Made by a program: the position numbers and the translations under genes
Shown: in pieces, positions 34,701 to 48,100 of the stretch
How positions within the stretch are numbered: position 1 is the stretch's first letter
How the letters are laid out: each line of letters begins with the position of its first letter
The notes under the pieces: generated by a model
The model's database searches: none
What the model saw: only the letters and a program-made list of their open reading frames with translations
What the model was told of the DNA's origin: nothing
NCBI GenBank assembly: GCA_002269645.1
Contig: NIVC01000572.1
Span: 62,001-126,000, forward strand
Direction of reading: 5' to 3'
DNA: 64,000 nucleotides
Source: Macrostomum lignano
Taxonomy: Eukaryota

Positions 34701-37700
34701 GGACCTGCTCCAAGTGACGCTCCGAGTGCACCTCCATCGAGCGGACCTGCTCCAAGTGATGCTCCGAGTGCACCTCCATCGATCGGACCTGCTCCAAGTG
34801 ACGCTCCGAGTGCGCCTCCATCGAGCGGACCGGCCCCGTCCGACGCTCCGAGTGCGCCTCCATCGAGCGGACCGGCCCCGTCCGACGCTCCGAGTGCGCC
34901 TCAATCGAGTGGACCGGCCCCGTCCGACGCTCCGAGTGCGCCTCCATCGAGCGGACCGGCCCCGTCCGACGCTCCGAGTGCGCCTCCATCGAGCGGACCG
35001 GCCCCGTCCGACGCTCCGAGTGCGCCTCCATCGAGCGGACCGGCCCCGTCCGACGCTCCGAGTGCGCCTCCATCGAGCGGACCTGCCCCGTCCGACGCTC
35101 CGAGTGCACCTCCATCGAGCGGACCGGCCCCGTCCGACGCTCCGAGTGCACCTCCATCGAGCGGACCTGCCTCTTCCGACGCTCCGAGTGCGCCTCCATC
35201 GATCGGACCTGCTCCAAGTGACGCTCCGAGTGCACCTCCATCGAGCGGACCTGCTCCAAGTGATGCTCCGAGTGCGCCTCCATCGAGCGGACCTGCCCCG
35301 TCCGACGCTCCGAGTGCACCTCCATCGAGCGGACCTGCCCCGTCCGACGCTCCGAGTGCGCCTCCATCGAGCGGACCTACTCCATCTGATGCTCCGAGTG
35401 CGCCTCCATCGAGCGGACATGCCCCGTCTGAGGCTCCCCGTTCATCTACATCACTTGTTGCATTGACGACAGTTGCGCCAACAACAGCTGCACCAACGTG
35501 TTTCGTTGGCTATTGCCATAATGACGGTGTTTGTTCGATTGTCAACAATGAGCGTACCTGCCAATGCCCTGTTAATAGGGGAGGAGATCGTTGTGAAGAA
35601 CGTATGTGTTTTTTCTAGCCTCTTGATACAATAGTCTGTGTTGCATTGCTGACAAAAAGATTTTTTCTCTTACTATAGGGGCAAAGATTGTTCGACCAAA
35701 GGTCGTCGTGCAGAAAGACTACGATGAGGACATGAGAGACAACAACAGCCCTGCCGCGCAGAATTTCTGGGTTGCATTCGTACAGTTTGTAAGTTTAACG
35801 CTTATTTAAACTAATGAAACTAAGAGTACGAGCGTAAATTGCTTTTTTTAATCATTTTTAAATTATCAACTACAGATGCTGGCAGTATTTCGTCGCTCAA
35901 GCAACCCAGCATTTGCCAACGCAAGGCACACGCTGATACTGATCAGCCTTGGACCAGGATCTGTTGTCACTGAGTTCGACGACAAAATTAGCGGGCCACA
36001 GGTAGACACAATCGAAACAGAGGCAATTTCTTCTGATATCGAGTCGGGCATTTTGAATCTGGCATCATCGAACGAATCTTTCTCCAACTTTACCGTAAGC
36101 AATGTATCCTCGGCAGGTAAGTTAATCTCAGTGTGAAAATTTGTGAAATTATCTATATTCGAACCTACTAAAATAGGATCACTCGATATTTCTGCATAAC
36201 ATTTCATGTTTTAGTGCCCAGCCTGTGCTCCAACACCAGCTGTTCCATTTATGCCTCTTGCGACAACAGCTCTACAAACGTTTCAACCCTCTGCACCTGC
36301 AACTTCGGTTATAGAAGCGACTCCAACAATTCATATCCTGGTTACCTCTGCACCCAGGAGTGCAGTTCTACCAGCTGCTCCACCGATGAGACATGCATGG
36401 AAAACATTGGTGCCAATTTCACATGTAACACAATAACCACAGTGGGCCCGACAGTCGCTCCTGGCACGACTGCAGCGCCTCCATCGAGCGGACCTGCCCC
36501 GTCCGACGCTCCAAGTGCGCCTCCATCGAGCGGACCTGCCCCGTCCGAGGCTCCGAGTGCACCTCCATCGAGCGGACCTGCCCCGTCCGACGCTCCGAGT
36601 GCACCTCCATCGAGCGGACCAGCCCCGTCCGACGCTCCGAGTGCGCCTCCATCGAGCGGACCGGCCCCATCCGACGCTCCGAGTGCGCCTCCATCGAGCG
36701 GACCGGCTCCGTCCGACGCTCCAACTTCTGCATCGAGCGGACCTGCCCCGTCCGACGCTCCGAGTGCGCCTTCATCGAGCGCACCTGCCCCGTCCGACGC
36801 TCCAACTTCTCCTGCATTGAGCGGACCGGCCCCGTCCGACGCTCCGAGTGCACCTCCATCGAGCGGACCTGCTCCATCTGATGCTCCGAGTGCGCCTCCA
36901 TCGAGCGGACCTGCTCCATCTGACGCTCCGAGTGCGCCTCCATCGAGCGGACCTGCCCCGTCCGACGCTCCGAGTGCACCTCCATCGAGCGGACCTGCCC
37001 CGTCCGACGCTCCGAGTGCACCTCCATCGAGCGGACCGGCCCCGTCCGACGCTCCGAGTGCGCCTCCATCGAGCGGACCTGCCCCGTCCGACGCTCCGAG
37101 TGCGCCTCCATCGAGCGGACCGGCCCCGTCCGACGCTCCGAGTGCACCTCCATCGATCGGACCTGCTCCAAGTGACGCTCCGAGTGCGCCTCCATCGAGC
37201 GGACCGGCCCCGTCCGACGCTCCGAGTGCGCCTCCATCGAGCGGACCGGCCCCGTCCGACGCTCCGAGTGCACCTCCATCGATCGGACCTGCTCCAAGTG
37301 ACGCTCCGAGTGCGCCTCCATCGAGCGGACCGGCCCCGTCCGACGCTCCGAGTGCGCCTCCATCGAGCGGACATGCCCCGTCTGAGGCTCCCCGTTCATC
37401 TACATCACTAGCGGCATTGACGACAGTTGCGCCAACAACAGCTGCACCAACGTGTTTCTTTGGCTATTGCCATAATGACGGTGTTTGTTCGATTGTCAAC
37501 AATGAGCGTACCTGCCAATGCCCTGTTAATAGGGGAGGAGATCGTTGTGAAGAACGTATGTGTTTTTTCTAGCCTCTTGATACAATAGTCTGTGTTGCAT
37601 TGCTGACAAAAAGATTTTTTCTCTTACTATAGGGGCAAAGATTGTTCGACCAAAGGTCGTCGTGCAGAAAGACTACGATGAGGACATGAGAGACAACAAC

Positions 37701-39565
37701 AGCCCTGCCGCGCAGAATTTCTGGGTTGCATTCGTACAGTTTGTAAGTTTAATAATGAAACTAAGAATACTAGTGTATAAAGTAGAAAGTTGCTTTTGTT
37801 TCTTTTTTATCATTTTTAAACGCTCAACTACAGATGTTGGCAGTATTTCGTCGCTCAAGCAACCCAGCATTTGCCAACGCAAGGCACACGCTGATACTGA
37901 TCAGCCTTGGACCAGGATCTGTTGTCACTGAGTTCGACGACAAAATTAGCGGGCCACAGGTAGACACAATCGAAACAGAGGCAATTTCTTCTGATATCGA
38001 GTCGGGCATTTTGAATCTGGCATCATCGAACGAATCTTTCTCCAACTTTACCGTAAGCAATGTATCCTCGGCAGGTAAGTTAATCTCAGTGTGAAAATTT
38101 GTGAAATTATCTATATTCGAACCTACTAAAATAGGATCACTCGATATTTCTGCATAACATTTCATGTTTTAGTGCCCAGCCTGTGCTCCAACACCAGCTG
38201 TTCCATTTATGCCTCTTGCGACAACAGCTCTACAAACGTTTCAACCCTCTGCACCTGCAACTTCGGTTATAGAAGCGACTCCAACAATTCATATCCTGGT
38301 TACCTCTGCACCATTTAGTGCGACATCACCGTGCTCGAAGTACGCCACCTGTACTAACTTCGCAAGCAACAGCACCTTCGACTGTAGCTGCTGGAACGGT
38401 TTCCTAGACGAAGACACCAGTGTTAAGGGCACTAAATGTACCGAGCAGTGCAACAGCTCGCAAATTTACTGCTCAGGCAATGGAGTCTGTCGAACGAACG
38501 CTTACAGTAGAGTCGGCTGCCAGTGCTTCAGCGGCTACACCGGGGACACGTGCTCAACTGTGTCCCTCACTGATCCAGTGCTGGCCATCGTGATTGCTGT
38601 GCCAATCTTATTCGTCATAATTGTGGTTGTGATCGCCGTGGTTGTGTACATCTACAGGAAGCAGGGTCGGTTCAAGCAGGCCATGATCGATTCGCGCAGT
38701 TTTGCGGATGGCGCAGGCTACGGAGAGGACGGCGGGGCGGCTCGGTTCGAACCGATGCCTCCCAGCTCCGCCGGGTCGTTGAAGAATTCGGTAAAGTTTT
38801 TTTTACGTGCTGCACTAGCTCAATCCGCGTACACGTACTCCCAAGCACTTCACAAATCCATCCAGTTAGACACACCCAAGCACCTCTTTAGTTTACCTAG
38901 TTACACACTTGAACACCCCATACATCCCTTCAAGTGTACAATACCTGAACAGCTCATAAATGAAACCAAGTAGGTCACACACTAATTAACCATAGATTAA
39001 TCCAGGTAGGTCACACACTAATTAACCATAGATTAATCCAGGTAGGTCACACACTAATTAACCATAGATTAATCCAGGTAGGTCACACACTAATTAACCA
39101 TAAATTAATCCAGGTAGGTCACACACTAATTAACCATAAATTAATCCAGGTAGGTCAGATCACGCACTCTAACTATTTTGAATCCAGGTACACACCAAGC
39201 AAATCATTAACTCATCTAGGTACGCATTCCTCGAGCGAGGCTGGCTGGTCCAGAATTCGGAAACATGTACCAACAGGAGCGGGAAGAAAGCGGCGCCAGC
39301 ATTGACGGATCCATGAACTTCGACCAGCAGCCCACTCCCAGCTTCAGCTATCCGTACAAGCGTTACTCAGATTCAACATTCCGCAGCGGAGGAGCGGTGA
39401 GTCATCACTATCGATCTAATTTTCTTGCTATTATTTCACTTGCACTTTTACTTACAAAGCATGGTATTATGCATCCACTTACAATTCCAAGAACTTACTA
39501 TTCCTTTGAAAATTGAATTCCAGGGACCTTCCAGGGCTGAGGAGGATGGCAGGCAATATTTCTAA
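28799..39565 (+). CDS. Giant transmembrane SEA/EGF mucin-like protein 1; exons 28799-28853, 28969-35601, 35679-35788, 35876-36116, 36215-37555, 37633-37742, 37834-38074, 38173-38790, 39220-39396, 39524-39565; about 3190 aa if the +1 base at 38314-38316 is removed
   Basis: Signal peptide MWRCHYALHLLIAALLVC; 14-aa repeat SSGPAPSDAPSAPP; EGF CFVGYCHNDGVC...CQCPVNRGGDRC; SEA with GPGSVVTEF (twice); further EGF domains; TM VLAIVIAVPILFVIIVVVIAVVVYIY then RK; tail VRIPRAR...RQYF*. Exon lengths sum to 9568 = 3n+1, matching the in-frame TAG at 38316-38318. Confidence 0.88.
29090..35420 (+). repeat. Coding 42-bp VNTR (about 150 units) in mucin 1 exon 2; a second block of about 21 units at 36475-37385
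   Basis: Unit ccatcgagcggacctgctccaagtgacgctccgagtgcacct; one frame stays open for more than 6.6 kb. Confidence 0.98.
35400..38312 (+). repeat. Tandem segmental duplication of the EGF-SEA-EGF module (period about 1954-1958 bp)
   Basis: About 35400-36354 recurs at about 37354-38312, including introns; splice sites are offset by 1954 then 1958. Confidence 0.95.
38966..39150. repeat. 36-bp minisatellite in a mucin 1 intron, about 5 copies
   Basis: Unit ccaggtaggtcacacactaattaaccatagattaat. Confidence 0.95.
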
Positions 39566-40439
39566 TAATGATTAATTGTTAAAGACGCTTATAATTTCGA
39601 CGCTTTGCTACCGATGCTATTTAAGCTGAGCTGTATTGATTTTATTGTACGTAAGCTTTATACTGACGTATGTGTTATGGCATCTTCTCCGGTATAGAAT
39701 GGTGTTCGATAATGTTACGCCGTAAATAGCTGGCTAAATGCTTTTTAAGAATATAAGAACATCTAGAGAAGGTTTTCCCTATCCAGTCGGACTTTTTTGC
39801 CGTCACATTTGAAAAAAAGAAAAAAACAGATTTTGTTATTATTTAATTTAAGATTGTCGGTTTAGTTCAAACCAAGCTTAAACTTTTCTACCGGCAAGCA
39901 GTTAAAAATTTGTTTTATTTTAAAAGCAGAATCGACGATATTGTTTTAAAAGCACCGTTTACTACTCGTAATAATTCGCGTGTGACCTGTTGAATAATTA
40001 TTTTTCGTTTATGCAAACGTACGAGCGTATAAATTTCAATCTACGAGCTAGATATTGGACGTTCCCTCGTTCGTTTTAACTATTGCTTCTGTTGACTATT
40101 TTTATAATATTTTTGCTCAGAATGTCTGTGATTTAAAATTACGTTTTTTTAACTTCCTGCCTCAAATTTTTTGAAGTATTTTGAAAACCGGAACATTTTG
40201 ATACTTTTTTGGCCAAAAAATATAACGAGGCGTTTCTGAGTGATATCGACCAGACTGAATGCCTAGTGCTCGCTTCTGTTCCTCACAAATTCTCAAGTTC
40301 AAGACCGAAGTCGGGATAAAATTCTCGATGCACTTCATTTTCGCCCTCTTTCCCACCCTCCCCCACTTTCCTGTCCATTAATCCTGATTATTTTGCGTGT
40401 GTCACGGGGTTAGATGGCTTAGATGGGTTAGATGGTCTT

Positions 40440-40770
40440 TTCTCGGCCCGTCGAAACCCACCCCACTTTCCTATCCCCACACTAACCCCAATTAATCGCG
40501 TGTGTGGCGGGGCTAGAGGGCCGTCTTTAACGGCCCGTCGACACCCACCCCACACTAACCCTAATTAATCGCGTGTGTGGCGGGGCTAGAGGGCCGTCTT
40601 TATCGGCCCGTCGACACCCACCCCACACTAACCCTAATTAATCGCGTGTGTGGCAGGGCTAGAGGGCCGTCTTTATCGGCCCGTCGACACCCACCCCACA
40701 CTAACCCTAATTAATCGCGTGTGTGGCGGGGCTAGAGGGCCGTCTTTATCGGCCCGTCGACACCCACCTA
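40440..40770. repeat. 73-bp tandem repeat, about 4.5 copies, intergenic
   Basis: acaccc at 40541 and 40614; unit contains ctaaccctaa and gggccg...cggccc. Confidence 0.93.
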
Positions 40771-42039
40771 CCTCACTTTGTTATACCGCTATTTATTGAT
40801 CGTTATTCCAATGGCCTGACGTTGGACCAAATACATACATTACTGTCTAAATTTATACAGTTTATATTGATTGTAATATTTTCGGTAACAAACAAGGTGG
40901 GGTAGCAAAGTATCGCACAGTCATAACTGATAAATATTTATCGGAACAAAATATACAATGCATGCTACTTTTTGGAATCGTGTTATCTGTACAAAGTAGT
41001 ATTCTTAGGACATTGCACTAAAATGAATACGATAATTGGGCAACTGTTGGGTTATAAGTTATAAAAAAGCTATTCATACATTATCACAGCGCGTAGTTTT
41101 TGAAAAGACAGCGCAGCGCTCGCATCACCCACCCATCTAGCAAGTGACCCACCCACTTTGAAGAAACAATAGTGGAATTTTTTAACTCAGCCCTATCAGC
41201 ATTTTTTAAATAGAGCTACTCCATATTTTTTTGAAACGGCGCAGATAAACAAAAGTTAATCATCTTCTCTGCACGCATAAGCTTCATGATTGCGTAAGGA
41301 AAATCTATTTATGCTGCATAGGCTGTTTTGTACTCAACTCCAAAGAATTCATTTAGATAGACGTAAATAGGCTTCCATAGTGAATAATAATGATCGTTTA
41401 TAAAGCTCAACTAAAAGCAACAGAAATGACAGAAAAGATGAATGAGACGACGTCTTAGCAGGCGAATGCGTGGCTAAATCTCGCGTGGCTAAAAAGACTT
41501 CAAAATAAATTTTATGACGAGGCCGCGGGCTTGTGGTGCCAACAAGTTGCATGTGCCAAGATAACTTAGTTAGCTGGCGCACCCAGAAAGATGAAAAAAA
41601 TATGCGCGCGACATCTAACCGAACTTATGGGGAGCTAAAATCACCCGTATTTCGCAGTGGGCATGGGGGTTGTGTTCGGTCGAGAAGCGGGGATAATAAA
41701 GTCAAGCAGTCTTGACCATTTAACTGAACTTCGATTATGTGAGCTTCTGTCACTTGCTCACTTATCCAGAATAAATAGAATCGTGTCGAATGACATAAAC
41801 ATATTATTAGAGTTCTGTGAGCCCGAGACCGACAATTCACAATAAATGCTTCGTGATATCTTTTGAACTCTGTTATTTTGCAAGAGAGTCATACTAACTG
41901 CTTAGATTATAGTCGTACGCTAGCACACAACCCAGTCTAACCCGAGCCTCACAATTGTTTGCTAATTGTTGTTATTCGGTCAGCAGGTCTCGTAGGCAAA
42001 TGGGCGACAGCGGTAGACGCACGGTCGGGACTGCTCAAC

Positions 42040-42047
42040 TATAAATA
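42040..42047 (+). promoter_or_regulatory. Putative TATA box of mucin-like gene 2
   Basis: TATAAATA about 90 bp upstream of ATG 42137. Confidence 0.5.
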
Positions 42048-42136
42048 GGGTAAATATTGCTCAGAAGATAAATGGTTTTTTGTAAGCTTTTGAGACAACG
42101 CTTCAAGAAAGTTAGCTGCTGTTGGTGTCAAGAAAA

Positions 42137-45100
42137 ATGTTGGTGCCCAAGTTTGCGCTGCTACTAGCGCTGCTGCTTTCGTTGCGTCCGTTTGGTGGTA
42201 AGGTTTTCATGACTTGGCTACAGACTTCCAATCTCTGAATAAAATATCTCATTTTAAATCATTATTTGCAGCCTCAGCGTCAACAACAGCAAGATCTGAT
42301 GAACCAGCAGCTAACACAGCGTCACCAGGTAAAAATGGCCGAATTTTCATAATTCATAACTCGTGCAAGCCGACTAATTGAATGGATAAACTGAATAAAT
42401 ATACATGCCAAATTTCCAGAAACCTCCCAGCTAGTTTCTACACTTCCACCCATCGAGCCAGCAACCGAGGCTATTGTAAACGGATCTGGCACTCCCGCAC
42501 TCGAGACTAGCACTCCAGCATCCGAGACTGGCACTCCAGCACCCGAGACTGGCACTCCAGCACCCGAGACTGGCACTCCAGCACCCGAGACTGGCACTCC
42601 AGCACCCGAGACTGGCACTCCATCACCCGAGACTGCCACCGATCTTACAGCAGAGACACAAGAACCGACTATGCCAGCTACAGCAATGACAAATGACGCA
42701 GGATCAACTCACGAAGGCAGTACACCGATGCCTGAGGCTACTGGTTCAACACCTGAAGCACCCACACCGATGCCTGAGGCTACTGGTTCAACACCTGAAG
42801 CGCCCACACCGATGCCTGAGGCTACTAGTTCAACACCTGAAGCGCCCACACCGGTGCCTGAGGCTACTAGTTCAACACCTGAAGCGCCCACACCGGTGCC
42901 TGAGGCTACTGGTTCAACACCTGAAGCACCCACACCGATGCCTGAGGCTACTGGATCAACACCTGAAGCGCCCACACCGATGCCTGAGGCTACTGGTTCA
43001 ACACCTGAAGCACCCACACCGATGCCTCAGGCCACTGGATCGAAACCTGAAGCGCCCACACCGGTGCCTGAGGCTACTAGTTCAACACCTGAAGCGCCCA
43101 CACCGGTGCCTGAAGCTACTGGTTCAACACCTGAAGCGCCCACACCGATGCCTGAAGCTACTGGTTCAACACCTGAAGCACCCACACCGGTGCCTGAAAC
43201 CACAGGATCAACTCAAGAAGTCAGCACATCTGTGCCTGAAGCCACAGGATCAACTCAAGAAGTCAGCACACCGGTGCCTGAGGCTACTGGTTCAACACCT
43301 GAAGCGCCCATACCGATGCCTGAGGCTACTGGATCAGCACCTGAAGCGCCCACACCGATGCCTGAGGCTACTGGATCAACGCCTGAGGCGACCTCACTCA
43401 TGCCTGAAGCTACTGGATCAACACCTGAAGCGCCCACACCGATGCCTGAGGCTACCGGTTCAACACCTGAGGCGACCAAACCGATGCCTGAGGCTACTGG
43501 TTCAACACCTGAGGCGACCAAACCGATGCCTGAGGCTACTGGTTCAACACCTGAAGCACCAACACCGATGCCTGAGGCTACTGGTTCAACACCTGAAGCG
43601 CCCACACCGATGCCTGAGGCTACTAGTTCAACACCTGAAGCGCCCACACCGGTGCCTGAGGCTACTGGTTCAACACCTGAAGCGCCCACACCGATGCCTG
43701 AAGCTACTGGATCAACATCTGAAGCACCCACACCGATGCCTGAGGCTACTGGATCAACGCCTGAGGCGACCTCACTCATGCCTGAAGCTACTGGATCAAC
43801 ACCTGAAGCACCCACACCGATGCCTGAGGCTACTGGATCAACACCTGAAGCGCCTACACCGATGCCTGAGGCTACTGATTCAACACCTGAAGCGCCCACA
43901 CCGATGCCTGAAGCTACTGGTTCAACACCTGAAGCGCCCACACCGATGCCTGAGGCTACTGGTTCAACACCTGAAACGCCCACACCGATGTCTGAAGCTA
44001 CTGGTTCAACACCTGAAGCGCCCACACCGATGCCTGAGGCTACTGGTTCAACACCTGAAACGCCCACACCGATGCCTGAGGCTACTGGTTCAACACCTGA
44101 AGCGCCCACACCGATGCCTGAGGCTACTAGTTCAACACCTGAAGCGCCCACACCGGTGCCTGAGGCTACTGGTTCAACACCTGAAGCGCCCACACCGATG
44201 CCTGAGGCTACTGGATCAACATCTGAAGCACCCAAACGGATGCCTGAGGCTACTGGATCAACGCCTGAGGCGACCTCACTCATGCCTGAAGCTACTGGAT
44301 CAACACCTGAAGCACCCACACCGATGCCTGAGGCTACTGGTTCAACACCTGAAACGCCCACACCGATGCCTGAAGCTACTGGATCAACACCTGAAGCGCC
44401 CACACCGATGTCTGAAGCTACTGGATCAACATCTGAAGCACCCAAACCGATGCCTGAGGCTACTGGATCAACGCCTGAGGCGACCTCACTCATGCCTGAA
44501 GCTACTGGATCAACACCTGAAGCACCCACACCGATGCCTGAGGCTACTGGATCAACACCTGAAGCGCCTACACCGATGCCTGAGGCTACTGATTCAACAC
44601 CTGAAGCGCCCACACCGATGCCTGAAGCTACTGGTTCAACACCTGAAGCGCCCACACCGATGCCTGAGGCTACTGGTTCAACACCTGAAACGCCCACACC
44701 GATGCCTGAGGCTACTGGTTCAACACCTGAAGCGCCCACACCGATGCCTGAAGCTACTGGATCAACACCTGAAGCGCCCACACCGATGCCTGAAGCTACT
44801 GGATCAACATCTGAAGCACCCAAACCGATGCCTGAGGCTACTGGATCAACGCCTGAGGCGACCTCACTCATGCCTGAAGCTACTGGATCAACACCTGAAG
44901 CACCCACACCGATGCCTGAGGCTACTGGATCAACACCTGAAGCGCCTACACCGATGCCTGAGGCTACTGATTCAACACCTGAAGCGCCCACACCGATGCC
45001 TGAAGCTACTGGTTCAACACCTGAAGCGCCCACACCGATGCCTGAGGCTACTGGTTTAACTCAAGAAGTCAGCACACCGGTGCCTGAAGCCACAGGATCA

Positions 45101-48100
45101 ACTCAAGAAGTCAGCACACCGGTGCCTGAAGCTACTGTCTCGACGCCCGTCGTGTCTTACTGGGAAGTACTTTGCCGAAATTTGATGCCAGGCGAGCCGT
45201 ACAGGCCGGAATTTGGCGACTTGGCATCGAGAGACGCTCAAGCTTTGAGCGATGATGTGAAAGCGTTTGTAAGTTAATGACACCTGTGCTTAAACACCTT
45301 ACTGCGTGCGGTTATTACAGACACATTTTCACAACGGACACAAATTCTGTCTATAAGTTTACAAGCTTCAAATTAAAGATAGTTATGGAAGATAGTTATG
45401 GAATCACTTCACAATTCCTAATTTCACAACCTGTAAATTTTACAATCTCCAAACATTAATTCCTCAAGAGGCTCAATTCACAAAATTCACAATTCCAGAA
45501 CTTCACAATCCACAAACTTCTCAATCCCAAATTTCACAATCCCTAAACTTCACAATCCCAAGCTTCTCAATTCCAAATTTCACAATCCAAAACTTCACAA
45601 TCCCAAGCTTCTCAATTCCAAATTTCACTATCCAAAATTTCACAATCCACGAGCTTCACAATCCAAACTTCACAATCCCCAAGCTTCACAATCCCCAAGC
45701 TTCACGATCCCCAAGCTTCACAATCCCCAAGCTTCACAATCCATAAGCCTCACAATCCTCAAGCTTCACAATTCCAAGCTTTACAATCCCCAAGCTTCAC
45801 AATCCCCAAGCTTCACAATTCCAGAACTTCACAATCCACAAACTTCTCAATCCCAAATTTCACAATCCCTAAACTTCACAATCCCAAGCTTCTCAATTCC
45901 AAATTTCACAATCCAAAACTTCACAATCCCAAGCTTCTCAATTCCAAATTTCACTATCCAAAATTTCACAATCCACGAGCTTCACAATCCCAAACTTCAC
46001 AATCCCCAAGCCTCACAATCCCCAAGCTTCACAATGCCCAAGCTTCACAATCCCCAAGCTTCACAATCCCCAAGCTTCACGATCCCCAAGCTTCACAATC
46101 CCCAAGCTTCACAATCCATAAGCCTCACAATCCTCAAGCTTCACAATTCCAAGCTTTACAATCCCCAAGCTTCACAATCCCCAAGCTTCACAATTCCAGA
46201 ACTTCACAATCCACAAACTTCTCAATCCCAAATTTCACAATCCCTAAACTTCACAATCCACAAACTTCTCAATCCCAAATTTCACAATCCCTAAACTTCA
46301 CAATCCCAAGCTTCTCAATTCCAAATTTCACAATCCAAAACTTCACAATCCCAAGCTTCTCAATTCCAAATTTCACTATCCAAAATTTCACAATCCACGA
46401 GCTTCACAATCCAAACTTCACAATCCCCAAGCTTCACAATCCCCAAGCTTCACGATCCCCAAGCTTCACAATCCCCAAGCTTCACAATCCATAAGCCTCA
46501 CAATCCTCAAGCTTCACAATTCCAAGCTTTACAATCCCCAAGCTTCACAATCCCCAAGCTTCACAATTCCAGAACTTCACAATCCACAAACTTCTCAATC
46601 CCAAATTTCACAATCCCTAAACTTCACAATCCCAAGCTTCTCAATTCCAAATTTCACAATCCAAAACTTCACAATCCCAAGCTTCTCAATTCCAAATTTC
46701 ACTATCCAAAATTTCACAATCCACGAGCTTCACAATCCCAAACTTCACAATCCCCAAGCCTCACAATCCCCAAGCTTCACAATGCCCAAGCTTCACAATC
46801 CCCAAGCTTCACAATCCCCAAGCTTCACAATTCCAAGCTTCACAATCCACAAGCTTCACAATCCCCAAGCTTCACAATCCCCAAGCTTCACAATCCCCAA
46901 GCTTCACAATTCCAAGCTTCACAATCCACAAGCTTCACAATCCCTAAGCTTCACAATCCCCAAGCTTTACAATCCCCAAGCCTCACAATTTATAAGCTTC
47001 ACAATCCCCAAACTTCACAATCCCCAAACTTCACAATCCCCAAACTTCACAATCCCCAAGCTTCACAATCCCCAAGCTTTACAATCCCCAAGCCTCACAA
47101 TCCTCATTACAGTGCTTTAATGATGAGTATATCATCAATATTAAACCTGCACCTGAAGTACTTATCATCGGTTTGAAGAGATGGCATGGACATCAAAAAT
47201 GAAAATTTGCATTTCAGCTCCAAGAAGCGTTCATCATTTCTGACAACAACGATTTGAAAAAGTCAGAAATTGACGTCGTTGGCTTCGGCAACTCCGGCGG
47301 CTCTGTGCAAGTTTACTACGTGCTGAAGATGCCCAGGAGCCCTACTCAAACTTCTCTAGAGTTCCTCAAGTTCTACATTGACTTTGGAATTCGCATCTAT
47401 CAATCATCTGGCAGTAGAAAGATAACTGTACAGGCCGATACAAAAGTGCAAGGTAATTTACACAGGAAAATGCATTGCAGAATGGACAATGGACAGTGTA
47501 TAAATTACATGTAATATGCAAACATTTTCAGACTACTCCGGGCTCTTTACACTGCCGCCCATCCAGTCAGCAACCGAGACTGGCACTCCTGCACTCGATA
47601 CTGGCACTCCGGCAGCAGAGACGGGCACTCCGGCACCCGAGACTGGCACTCTGTCACCAGAGACTGGCACTCCAACACCCGAGACTGGCACTCCGTCACC
47701 AGAGACTGGCACTCCAGCACCCGAGACTGGCACTCCGTCACCAGAGACTGGCACTCCTGCAACCGAGACTGGCAGTGCATCACCAAAGACTGGCACTCCT
47801 GCAACCGAGACTGGCAGTCCGTCACCAGAGACTGGCACTCCAGCACCCGAGACTGGCACTCCGTCACCAAAGACTGGCACTCCTGCAACCGAGACTGGCA
47901 GTGCATCACCAAAGACTGGCACTCCTGCAACCGAGACTGGCAGTCCGTCACCAGAGACTGGCACTCCAGCACCCGAGACTGGCACTCCGTCACCAAAGAC
48001 TGGCACTCCTGCAACCGAGACTGGCAGTGCATCACCAAAGACTGGCACTCCGGCACCCGAGACTGCCACCGATCTTACAGCAGAGACACAAGAACCGACT

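Noticed and set aside
29000-35466. Long alternative-frame and antisense ORFs over the mucin VNTRs (LRVHLHRADL..., MEVHSER..., GALGASDGAGPLD...; likewise 42693-45059)
   Set aside because: By-products of a repeat whose length is a multiple of 3; only one frame links the signal peptide to EGF/SEA via valid splice sites.
40550-40715. Telomeric repeat (ctaaccctaa)
   Set aside because: One and a half TAACCC units per 73-bp monomer only; not a telomeric array.
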